Shown here in pieces: positions 1-8,508 of a DNA stretch of 53,246 bases. The notes under the pieces were generated by a model. It made no database searches. It was not told the DNA's origin and was given only the letters and a program-made list of their open reading frames with translations. The stretch is from a bacterium (lineage in GTDB: Bacteria; Patescibacteriota; Minisyncoccia; Phycocordibacterales; UBA2100): positions 1 to 53,246 of the forward strand of contig JAJXVV010000005.1 of NCBI GenBank assembly GCA_021781955.1, in the 5' to 3' direction. The position numbers and the translations under genes are program-made. How positions within the stretch are numbered: position 1 is the first letter of the stretch; every line of letters begins with the position of its first letter.

Positions 1-2446
1 CGGCAAGGTCGGTGGCGAAGCGCGGGTCGAAAAGGCCGTTGAAGGTCGTGGTGTATACGCCGTTGGTGACGGTGCCGGCGTTGCCGGTGATGGAGCCCTG
101 GATGGTGTTGGTGAAGCTGTTCGTGCCGGAGAAGGTGTTGTTGTCTACGAGGAGCGTGGAAGAGGCGGCGGTGATGGTCTGCGCCGTGCCGAGGCCCACC
201 GAGGTGCCGTTGATCGTGACGGTGGAATTCTGCAGCATGGCGTTGGTGATGGCGGAGTTGGCGATGCCGAAGGTGCCTGAGGTGCCGCCGAGGAGAGTGC
301 CGAGGGTGCCGGAGTATGTGAGGACGGAGCCGATCGCGGGGGTGGAGGTGGAGATGCTGGTGAGGGTGTTGGGACCGGAGGCGTATATGACCTGGCCGGT
401 GGTGAGGTTGGTGGAAGTTCCGAGGCCGCTGAAGGTGAAGGCGCCTGTGCTGCTGTTGTACGCGAGCGGGAAGGTCGCGGAGAGGCTGGTGGATGAGACC
501 TTGCTGTTGAAGGTGGTCCAGTCGGAGGATGAGAGGAAGCCGCTTTGGGAACCGTTCGCTTGGTTGATGCCGATGACGCCGCTCGCGTACGTGAGCGGGC
601 TGCCTGAGACCGAGATGGCGTTCTGCGCGCGGGCGGTGGTGAAGTAGAGGTTGGAGCCTTCGGCGAGTGCGGTGGTGGTGGTGGCGGCAAGATTATTCGC
701 GAAGTTCGTGTTCGCGCGGGCGGTGGTGAAATACAAGTGGTTCGTGCCCTCGGCGAGTTGATCGGTGGTCGTGGAGTACCAGGCCGAGAGATCGAGTTTG
801 GCATTGAGCGCGTTCTGAAGATCGGTCTGGTTGGAGAGCATGCCGGTGATGTTCCCCCACACCGCACTCGCGATGCCGAGCGATGAAGTAGACACGAGCG
901 CATACCCGCCGTTGCCGTTGCCGAGGAGGAGCTGGCCGTATGTTGGCGCGGTGGAGGTGCCGACGCCGCCGTAACCGACGGAAAGCGTCGAAGTCGCAGC
1001 GACCACGCCACCATTCGCTTCAAGAAGACCTGTGGACGAGCCGAGCGTGAAATTGCTTGCAAAGAGATTCGTCGTCGTCGCGTTCGTGGTCGTGGAGTAA
1101 CTCGCGGTCAGATCGACGAGCGTCGAGCTCGTTGCAACGATGCTGCCTATGTTGTACGAACCGAACGACGCGGTACCGACGACCGTGAGATTCCCGCCGA
1201 CATTCGCGTTGCCGGAAACGGAGAGCGACGTCGCGCCTACCGACGCGTTGGCGATGGAACCGCCCGTGATGATCGGATTGGCAATGGCCGTATTAGTAAG
1301 CTGATTGATCGCGTTTGTCTGCGCGGTCACCGCATAGTTCTGCGCGATGACCGTGCTCTGACTCGCCGTGAGCGCGTATATCTGCGAGGTCAGTTTATTA
1401 TCGAGCTGGTTGAGGCGCATATCGAGCTCCGCTTCAGTGATACCGCCCGCCTGGGCCAGCTGCTGTGTTTGCGCCTGCTCAACGACCACGCGTTCGATGA
1501 TTTTTTGCTGCGGGCGTGCCGATGGTGCGACCGCTCTCGGAGGCAGCGCGTTCGACGTGGCGACAGAACGAGTGATGGCAGCGCTTGTCGCGCGTGCATA
1601 TGGCTCGATGGAAAGGGACACCGCGCCCGAACGGGTAATCGGGACAACGCTCTGCGAACTTACGAGTGCTTCCGGGAAGGCGATCGCATAAACGAATTCG
1701 TTGATGTTCGTACTGAACGAACGCGCGACACTCTTCGCGAACGCGGCTGCGGCATCGGAGAAATATCCCGGGATCCCCGCTGCGGCGACTTGGGGTCGCG
1801 CCGTAATGGACGCGAGCACATGTTGTTCGTGCGTTTCCGCCGCCAATACCGCACGTGCGAGACCATGCGGCGCCTGCACACCCGCTGCGAGATCGTCTCG
1901 CACTTCGCGCATCGAGTAACTCGCCGCCTTCGGATCAACCGTTGCATACACGCCGAAAATGATCGTCATCGTAAGCGTAAGCGCGATCAACTTCTGACCA
2001 GCCTCTACGAAAGGGGCGCCCGCGCCCTGAGACAACGGGATCAACTGAAGCGCTCTGCTCGGCGCACGAATATCGTCCTGCATTTTTGCGATCAATGCAG
2101 ATGCTCCTTTCTTCAGCGCCTGTTGCGATTCTCCGCGAACCTTTCCAACATGCTGAATGGCAGCCGAGGAGGGAGCGGCAACCAGCGGCTCTCGTGTCGC
2201 CGCTCTATATTCTTCGGCGCGCAATCGCGAGAGCGATTCGCTACGCTTGCTGCGATGATATTCTTGATCTACCAGGAAAGCTTCGATTGAAGATTGTTCC
2301 ACGAACCAATTCTTACCGACCCTTCGGGCGGTTAGCCGACCATCACGGCAAAGGCGCGAAATGTAATCACCGGTGAAGCCTCCAATCATCGCCGCCTCGC
2401 TTGCGGGAATGTACCTCTTTCCTTCAAAAAAAAGCTCGGATGTCAT
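1..2446 (-). CDS. Giant surface protein, truncated by the window edge (>815 aa): N-terminal excisionase-like HTH, one TM helix, Thr/Ser/Gly/Asn-rich beta-type ectodomain with LAEGxNLYFTTARA repeats
   Basis: Hand translation: ATG at 2446, in-frame upstream TAG at 2468-2470, no stop seen in the segments I translated (2446-1982, about 1560-620 and the left end). Begins MTSELFFEGKRYIPASEAAMIGGFTGDYISRLCRDGRLTARRVGKNWFVEQSSIEAFL, has a hydrophobic KLIALTLTMTIIFGVYATV, then PQQKIIERVVVE and T/S-rich repeats. Missing from the ORF track, presumably because its stop lies outside the window. Confidence 0.88.
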   Translation of the reverse strand, partial: MTSELFFEGKRYIPASEAAMIGGFTGDYISRLCRDGRLTARRVGKNWFVEQSSIEAFLVDQEYHRSKRSESLSRLRAEEYRAATREPLVAAPSSAAIQHVGKVRGESQQALKKGASALIAKMQDDIRAPSRALQLIPLSQGAGAPFVEAGQKLIALTLTMTIIFGVYATVDPKAASYSMREVRDDLAAGVQAPHGLARAVLAAETHEQHVLASITARPQVAAAGIPGYFSDAAAAFAKSVARSFSTNINEFVYAIAFPEALVSSQSVVPITRSGAVSLSIEPYARATSAAITRSVATSNALPPRAVAPSARPQQKIIERVVVEQAQTQQLAQAGGITEAELDMRLNQLDNKLTSQIYALTASQSTVIAQNYAVTAQTNAINQLTNTAIANPIITGGSIANASVGATSLSVSGNANVGGNLTVVGTASFGSYNIGSIVATSSTLVDLTASYSTTTNATTTNLFASNFTLGSSTGLLEANGGVVAATSTLSVGYGGVGTSTAPTYGQLLLGNGNGGYALVSTSSLGIASAVWGNITGMLSNQTDLQNALNAKLDLSAWYSTTTDQLAEGTNHLYFTTARANTNFANNLAATTTTALAEGSNLYFTTARAQNAISVSGSPLTYASGVIGINQANGSQSGFLSSSDWTTFNSKVSSTSLSATFPLAYNSSTGAFTFSGLGTSTNLTTGQVIYASGPNTLTSISTSTPAIGSVLTYSGTLGTLLGGTSGTFGIANSAITNAMLQNSTVTINGTSVGLGTAQTITAASSTLLVDNNTFSGTNSFTNTIQGSITGNAGTVTNGVYTTTFNGLFDPRFATDLA

Positions 2447-2883
2447 GTGGTCGGACGCACGACTTATCTAATATTCTACTAGATATTTCGTGTGCAAAGA
2501 CTCGCATACACCTGCGATTGTGTGGATAGTAAAATCTCGATGATTTTTATCCGCTGTCTTGGGATATGCTCGATCAATCTTGTATGGAAACAACGAATCA
2601 GAACGCGTGCGAGGAATCCTCTTCCATGTTCTCTTTACCGACCGTCTAGCATGTTCTTCTACGCGGTTAACGCCAGATGCATTAGACAAGAGCATCCGAC
2701 TGTGCGCGACGATGCGACGGAGGAACTCTATGTGCGTACGGGATAGGTCACTTCTGCACCTAATCTAACCAGATTATCAGCTCTGCAGATAACCGTCCTA
2801 AGTGCGGTATATCCAAGACTCTATACATCTCGCCCGAACGAGATACGCATTTACTGCATATCTCGGCATATATCTACCACGTA

Positions 2884-3840
2884 TTATTGCCGCTCGTAGT
2901 TAAGTTTTGACGTGACCGCACTCTCGACGACATCCCCTACGCTGCCGAATACCGAACTTATATATGCTTCGATGTTGTTCGAGTATACAGGCTGTGTTCG
3001 CGGCAGCAGCACACGGATCGCCACCACGAGTGCGATGACGAGTATGAATATGCCGGCTACCGTGAAATAGGTCGTGTATTGCCGCGATTTTCCTACCTGA
3101 ACGGCACTCCTTTTTCCTGTGCGTTCTGACACCGCATCTTCCGATGTAGCGTAGACATTAACGACCCGAATTGGGGTGGGTCTGGCCCTCCCATCTCCGG
3201 AAGGAGCTTGAGTGGTCCACTTCGTCCCGGGCTGCGCAACGTGAAGCTTTGGCGGTTCATTAACTTCTATATCCTGATGTAGGGGCAACAGATCACCTGT
3301 ATCCTTTGAATACGTGAAGAACGGATCTCTCGAATTGGCGAGGTGCTCATCTTGCACAGATATCCTTGTAGGTGCAGGCGTTTTCTGGATACCGACTGCG
3401 GCAGACTGGACGACAGCAAGTAGCGCGTCTTTTTCCTTTTTATGCGCAAGGATGCCTTCGCGTTCCACGTACCACCGATTGCCGACCTGACGTGACAAAA
3501 TACTGCCAGATCTCGCAAGCTGTCCTACATAATCCTGGTTATATCCGGTTACTTTCGAAGCTCGGGATGCCGAGATGTAGTCCTTGCCGTCAAATGTGAT
3601 GAGTGAATCCGGATCGGCAGAAGGGCCGCGGCTCGGTGGCTCTGGTTTATGCGCTTCGGCAATTTCCTTATACTTCGTTAACGAATCCATCGATACATAC
3701 CAAAGTCCCGACACTCGTCGAGCATCGATCTTCCCGCCCCGAGCTATCTGGCCAATATAATCTTGCGTGTATCCGGTCAATTGCGAGGCTCGCTTAGACG
3801 AGACATATTCTGTCCCATCGAGAGTTACTGCGTCTGTCAT
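2884..3840 (-). CDS. Membrane-anchored protein with two tandem excisionase-like (HTH_17-type) domains and a C-terminal TM helix
   Basis: Two copies of the motif G(T/K)xY(V/I)SxxRASxxTGYxQDY(I/V)GQxARxGxIxxRxVxxxWYV; TM YFTVAGIFILVIALVVAIRVLL near the C-terminus. Start moved to MTDAVTLDG (3840). Confidence 0.85.
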   Translation of the reverse strand: MTDAVTLDGTEYVSSKRASQLTGYTQDYIGQIARGGKIDARRVSGLWYVSMDSLTKYKEIAEAHKPEPPSRGPSADPDSLITFDGKDYISASRASKVTGYNQDYVGQLARSGSILSRQVGNRWYVEREGILAHKKEKDALLAVVQSAAVGIQKTPAPTRISVQDEHLANSRDPFFTYSKDTGDLLPLHQDIEVNEPPKLHVAQPGTKWTTQAPSGDGRARPTPIRVVNVYATSEDAVSERTGKRSAVQVGKSRQYTTYFTVAGIFILVIALVVAIRVLLPRTQPVYSNNIEAYISSVFGSVGDVVESAVTSKLNYERQ

Positions 3841-3932
3841 TAGTAAAGTATATACCGCACGCGCGAAATGCAGTACCCCTGAACTGATGGGCACTGTGGG
3901 TGAGTAACTCTCAGACTCCCTAAAAATGAGAT

Positions 3933-5393
3933 TTATCTGGCGGCCTCCTCTCTGAGCAGATCTCTCATGACCGATGGATTACCTGCGCCTTTGGAAGCCT
4001 TCATGCACTGCCCGAGAAGATATTCAAGGGCTGCTGCTTTACCTGCTTTGTATTCATTCACAACGGCAGCATTGGCCGCTAGAACCCCTTGCACTATGAG
4101 CCTCAAATCTTCGGTTGAACTGACTTGGAACAAACCTTCCTCCGCCGCCAAGCGCTCCGGATCAGCATCCGTAGCGGCCATTTTTGCAAGGAGATCTTTC
4201 GCGGATCTTGATGATATCTTCTTGGCTACTACCATATCGATGAGCGAGGAGAAATTATGCGGCGATATCGATATCTCGGATTGGAAATCCGTGTCTCGGT
4301 TATTGGTATCTCGGCTGTTTTGTGGAGAATCCTTCGCAGCATTCAAGCTGACGAGATCGTTCGTGATGTAATTGCTCGCAACTACTATCTTGGCAGGATC
4401 GGCTCCCCATTTGCTGATGACCGACTCGAAGAATGCGCCGAGCTGATCGTTCCTTACGAAGGCCTCCGCATCCTCCGTCTTCAAACCGAGAGCGAGGTAT
4501 CGAGTACGGCGGTCTTCAGGCAGCTCAGGCATCGATTTACGCAAATCTTCCTGTGAGAACTCGGGTATCTCCGAAAGCTTGAGGCTCGGCAGGTCAGGGT
4601 CAGGGAAGTAGCGGTAATCGGCACTGCCTTCTTTCACGCGCTGCGGGAAGGTCGACTGCTTGCCTTCGTCCCAGCCTCGCGTCTCTTGCGCCACTGTACC
4701 GCAACGCTTGAGCACGTCTGTTTGGCGCTTTATTTCATACTCGACCGCTCGCTCCATCGCCCGGAATGAATTGAGGTTCTTTATCTCGACTTTGGTGCCG
4801 AGAATACCATCTCGGCCGACCGAGACGTTCGCTTCTACACGCATCTCGCCCTTCTCCATGTTCGCATCGGAGGCGCCGAGATATCGAAGGACAAGCTGCA
4901 GTTCTCGGGCAAAATCACCCGCTTGCTTGGCGCTCGTGATGACCGGCTCGGTCACGAGCTCCATGAGCGGTACGCCACCGCGATTAAAATCGATGGTCGT
5001 TCCCTCGCCTTCCGTATGGATCGAGCTTGCCGTGTCCTCCTCGAGATGCACACGCGTAATCGCGACACCCTTGAGCTGACCCTGCGTGACGAGCGGATAT
5101 TCGTACTGGGAGAGCTGGTAGCCCTTTGGTAGGTCAGGATAAAAATAGTTCTTACGATCGAACTCGGTGTAATCGGCTAGCTTGGCATTGAGCGCGATAC
5201 CGACCCGCAGGACGTGCCGTACCGCTTCCCTGTTGATGACGGGCAGCGTTCCTGGGTGCGCCATGCAGACCGGGCAAATGTTCACATTCGGACGCGCCTC
5301 ATCGGGGTCATTCTTCGAGCGGCAGAACATCTTCGTCCGCGTCTTCAGTTCCGCATGGATCTCAAGGCCTATGGTGGGGATGTACTCACTCAC
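3933..5393 (-). CDS. gatB: Asp-tRNA(Asn)/Glu-tRNA(Gln) amidotransferase subunit B
   Basis: IGLEIHAEL, NICPVCMAHPGTLP, FDRKNYFYPDLPKGYQLSQY, VHLEEDTA, DFNRGGVPLMELVTEP, EIKNLNSF, DYRYFPDPDL motifs; GTG start. Confidence 0.97.
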   Translation of the reverse strand: MSEYIPTIGLEIHAELKTRTKMFCRSKNDPDEARPNVNICPVCMAHPGTLPVINREAVRHVLRVGIALNAKLADYTEFDRKNYFYPDLPKGYQLSQYEYPLVTQGQLKGVAITRVHLEEDTASSIHTEGEGTTIDFNRGGVPLMELVTEPVITSAKQAGDFARELQLVLRYLGASDANMEKGEMRVEANVSVGRDGILGTKVEIKNLNSFRAMERAVEYEIKRQTDVLKRCGTVAQETRGWDEGKQSTFPQRVKEGSADYRYFPDPDLPSLKLSEIPEFSQEDLRKSMPELPEDRRTRYLALGLKTEDAEAFVRNDQLGAFFESVISKWGADPAKIVVASNYITNDLVSLNAAKDSPQNSRDTNNRDTDFQSEISISPHNFSSLIDMVVAKKISSRSAKDLLAKMAATDADPERLAAEEGLFQVSSTEDLRLIVQGVLAANAAVVNEYKAGKAAALEYLLGQCMKASKGAGNPSVMRDLLREEAAR

Positions 5394-5397
5394 CCCC

Positions 5398-7968
5398 CTA
5401 CTCTACCACCCGCCACTCCCCGCTCGCAAGCAGCGGCTCGGCCTTCTTATACTTCATTTCCTGCGTCTCCTTTCCGTTGGTGATCGTGACGCGATCATTA
5501 CGACCGAATTCTTTCGAAACCTTGCCCTGATGGTGCGCGGTAATGGTGCGCGCGGCGTTCTCGATCGCGCGCTGCTGCTGGGCAGCGGGAGCGATTCCGA
5601 GATTCGGCATGACCGTGGCGACCTGCGCGACGTACGCCGCCTCCATCAACTGGAAGAGCCGGAGGCCTTCCTTCTTGTATTCGACGAGCGGGTCGCGCTG
5701 GCCGTACGCGCGCAAATTGACCGAGCTGCGCAGGTACTCCATCGCCTCGAGGTGGTCGACCCAGAGATAATCGACGGTCTGCAGGAGGAAGCGGCGCATC
5801 GTGGGGGTGAACGCCTCGCCGAGCTGCGCTTTCTTTTCGGCGATAACGGGCGCGAGCGGGGCGGCGTTCGCCTCTGCCTGCTCGTCACGCTCACTTCCGA
5901 TGCGGGCGAGCTCGTCTTCGATAGCGCTCTCATCGCCGGTGAGGAGCGCCCGGCGACGCGCGTAGATACTCTGACGCTGGATATTGAGCACGTCGTCGTA
6001 CGAGAGCACGTGCTTGCGCGCGTCGAAGTTGATCTCCTCGATGCGGGTCTGCGCTTTTTCGAGCGCGCGGGTGATCATCGGATTGTATATCGGCTCATCC
6101 TCCGGAATCTTGAAGGTGCCCATGACGCGCTTGATGACGTCCGAGGCGAAGATGCGCATCAAGGGATCCTCGAGCGACACGTAGAACTGCGTCTCGCCTG
6201 GATCGCCTTGGCGGCCGGAACGGCCGCGCAGCTGATTGTCGATGCGGCGCGCCTCATGCCGCTCCGTGCCGAGCACGAAGAGGCCGCCTGCGCGCTTCAC
6301 CTCCTCGTACGCCTCGTCGGAACCGGGATTGCCGCCGAGCTTGATGTCGACGCCGCGACCTGCCATGTTGGTCGCGATGGTGACCGCGCCCTTCCGGCCG
6401 GCCTGCGCGATGATCTCGCCCTCGCGTTCGTGGTTCTTCGCGTTGAGTATCTCGTGCGGGATGCCCTCCTGTTTGAAGTGCGCGGAGAGTATCTCGTTCT
6501 TCTCGACCGAAGCGGTGCCCACGAGGACCGGCTGGCCCTTCTCATGGAGCGCTTTGACGGTGCGCGCGATGGCGCGGTACTTCCCTTCCTCGGTCTGGAA
6601 CATGAGGTCGTCGGAATCCTTGCGCTGCGTAGAGCGATTGGTCGGCACCACGACCGTGTTGAGCCCGTAGACCTTGAAGAACTCCTCGGAGCTCGTGAGC
6701 GCGGTACCGGTCATGCCCGCGAGCTTGTCGTAGAGGCGGAAGTAGTTCTGGAACGTGATTGACGCGAACGTGCGGCTCTCCTGCTGGATCGCGACGCCTT
6801 CCTTCGCCTCGATCGCCTGGTGCAGGCCCTCCGACCAGCGCCGGCCCGGCTGCATGCGGCCGGTGAATTCGTCGACGATGACGATCGCGCCGTCGCGCAC
6901 GACGTATTCCTTGTCGCGCTCGAAAAGCGCGCGCGCGCGCACGGCCGTCTCAAGGTGATGAACGTATTTGATGCCCGCGTCGGTGTAGATGTTGTCGAGG
7001 CCGAGCGCCTTCTCCGCTTTCTCGATACCCGCATCGGTCATCGAGATCTGCTTGTGCTTGCGGTCGACGGCGTAGTCCTCCTCGGGCGTGAGCGTGTTCG
7101 CGATCTGCGCGAACGTCACATAGAGCGATCCGGCTTCGGCGACCGGCGCGGAAATAATGAGTGGCGTGCGTGCCTCGTCGATCAAGATAGAGTCGATCTC
7201 GTCGACGATGGCGAAGTGGTACGGGTTGGCGCGCCCGCCGTCCGTCACGCGCTGGCGAAGATTGTGCGCGTCGTACTCGAGATTGTCGCGCAGGTAGTCG
7301 AACCCGAATTCGTTGTTGGTGCCATACGTGATGTCGGCCGCGTAAGCTTCGTGGCGCGTGCATGGCCGCAGCAGCTCGTGCTCGATCTTGAACGCTCCTT
7401 CTTCTTTCTCGCTCTCACGAGCCGCGCCCTCCGAATCCTGCGCGAACGAGGAATCGTAACGGAAAGACGCTTCATGGTTGATGATGCCGACCGTAAGGCC
7501 GAGCGCATCGTACACCTGCCCCATCCACGCGCCGTCACGGCGAGAGAGATAGTCGTTGACGGTGACCACGTGCACGCCCTTGCCGGAGAGCGCGTTCAAG
7601 TACGCCGGGAGCGTCGCGACCAGGGTTTTCCCCTCGCCCGTGCGCATCTCTGCGATATCGCCGCGGTGCAAGATCATGCCGCCCAAAAGCTGCACATCGA
7701 AGTGCCGCTGTCCGAGCGTGCGACGCGATGCTTCGCGCACCGCCGCGAAAGCTTCGGGTGCCAGCTCGTCGATGAGCTTTCGCTCGTCCTTCCCTTCAGC
7801 GAGACCGCCCGCGATACGCCGCTTGAACTCGGCCGTTTTAGCCCGCAGAGCCTCGTCCGAGAGCGCCTGCATGCCCGCCTCGAGAGCGTTCGTCGCCGCC
7901 ACGATAGGCTGCGCCGCCCTGAGCGCAGCGGCATTGTCGTCCCCTTTCAATCTGCTCCACAAGGCCAT
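5398..7968 (-). CDS. secA: Preprotein translocase ATPase SecA
   Basis: IAEMRTGEGKTL, VHVVTVNDYL, YGTNNEFGFDYLRDN, IVDEIDSILIDEARTPLIIS, GRRWSEGLHQAIEAKE, TNMAGRGVDIKLGG, RRIDNQLRGRSGRQGDPG. Confidence 0.98.
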   Translation of the reverse strand: MALWSRLKGDDNAAALRAAQPIVAATNALEAGMQALSDEALRAKTAEFKRRIAGGLAEGKDERKLIDELAPEAFAAVREASRRTLGQRHFDVQLLGGMILHRGDIAEMRTGEGKTLVATLPAYLNALSGKGVHVVTVNDYLSRRDGAWMGQVYDALGLTVGIINHEASFRYDSSFAQDSEGAARESEKEEGAFKIEHELLRPCTRHEAYAADITYGTNNEFGFDYLRDNLEYDAHNLRQRVTDGGRANPYHFAIVDEIDSILIDEARTPLIISAPVAEAGSLYVTFAQIANTLTPEEDYAVDRKHKQISMTDAGIEKAEKALGLDNIYTDAGIKYVHHLETAVRARALFERDKEYVVRDGAIVIVDEFTGRMQPGRRWSEGLHQAIEAKEGVAIQQESRTFASITFQNYFRLYDKLAGMTGTALTSSEEFFKVYGLNTVVVPTNRSTQRKDSDDLMFQTEEGKYRAIARTVKALHEKGQPVLVGTASVEKNEILSAHFKQEGIPHEILNAKNHEREGEIIAQAGRKGAVTIATNMAGRGVDIKLGGNPGSDEAYEEVKRAGGLFVLGTERHEARRIDNQLRGRSGRQGDPGETQFYVSLEDPLMRIFASDVIKRVMGTFKIPEDEPIYNPMITRALEKAQTRIEEINFDARKHVLSYDDVLNIQRQSIYARRRALLTGDESAIEDELARIGSERDEQAEANAAPLAPVIAEKKAQLGEAFTPTMRRFLLQTVDYLWVDHLEAMEYLRSSVNLRAYGQRDPLVEYKKEGLRLFQLMEAAYVAQVATVMPNLGIAPAAQQQRAIENAARTITAHHQGKVSKEFGRNDRVTITNGKETQEMKYKKAEPLLASGEWRVVE

Positions 7969-8005
7969 AATCGGTCTATCCTACACCCTACGCAGTCCAA
8001 ACGAA

Positions 8006-8033
8006 AACGGCCCCGAGTCGTGTCGGGGCCGTT
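8006..8033 (-). terminator. Intrinsic terminator downstream of the Lys-rich micro-ORF
   Basis: Perfect 11-bp stem AACGGCCCCGA / TCGGGGCCGTT with a 6-nt loop, followed on the minus strand by TTCGTTT. A second 7-bp hairpin lies at 8038-8056. Confidence 0.75.
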
Positions 8034-8063
8034 CCCTCGGCGGCTCTCGGCCGCCGTTTCGCG

Positions 8064-8141
8064 TTAGCGCTTCTTGCGCTTCGCTGCTTTCTTCTTCGTG
8101 GCCTTCTTTTTCTTCGCGACCACCTTCTTTTTCTTCGCCAT
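8064..8141 (-). CDS. 25-aa Lys/Ala-rich basic micropeptide (histone-H1-like composition)
   Basis: ATG 8141 to TAA 8064 encodes MAKKKKVVAKKKKATKKKAAKRKKR. It has its own downstream terminator and an upstream TGCAATAAT extended -10-like motif. Confidence 0.65.
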   Translation of the reverse strand: MAKKKKVVAKKKKATKKKAAKRKKR

Positions 8142-8508
8142 ATCGGGTATGTAGCTTGTGTATTAAATTCGACCCGCACGATTCGCTCGGAGAGCGCGAT
8201 GCGTCTGTTACCGTTTTATTATTGCACTCGCGTGCGCGCATGATTCGAAAAGCGCGTATGCGTGTGGATAACTCGCGCGTGGAATTTTCTAACGATCAAG
8301 AACGAAAAATATCTTTCTTGCGCGTCCGTACTGCGGAGTCCGCATCGATTCGAACGCAAAACGGATCGTGTGCTCGTGTGTGAACGCAAGGCGCAATGCG
8401 GAGGACGGGTGCGAGCTCCAAAGTGAAAGTCTTATGTGAGTGCCGCCGCCCTCCGCGCTGAACCCTGCTGAACAAAGCCTATCACTCTCGCTCGATGTGG
8501 CAAGCCGT

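Noticed and set aside
145-2290. ORF-track entries 12..647 (+), 145..1062 (-) and 1469..2290 (+)
   Set aside because: Shadow frames of the real minus-strand giant ORF that starts at 2446.
2468-2768. Short ORFs in the AT-rich gap between the HTH genes
   Set aside because: Three overlapping candidates on both strands, with no motifs or host-like codon bias; better explained as regulatory DNA.
4270-4360. Low-complexity insertion in GatB (KDSPQNSRDTNNRDTDFQSE) as an intein or functional domain
   Set aside because: Short and polar, with no Cys/His-Asn splicing motifs; most likely a variable loop.
7988-8179. 63-aa ORF-track entry overlapping the Lys-rich micro-ORF
   Set aside because: It runs through the terminator hairpins. 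The alternative 25-aa frame has an ATG start, a coherent K/A repeat and stops just before the terminator.
8263-8330. Replication origin at the perfect DnaA box
   Set aside because: Only one box locally, no clustered boxes, and no dnaA or dnaN nearby.
8365-8500. Calling the long hairpin 6S RNA
   Set aside because: The TGAACC/GGTTCA pairing typical of 6S is not present on one strand; kept only as an unassigned ncRNA candidate.
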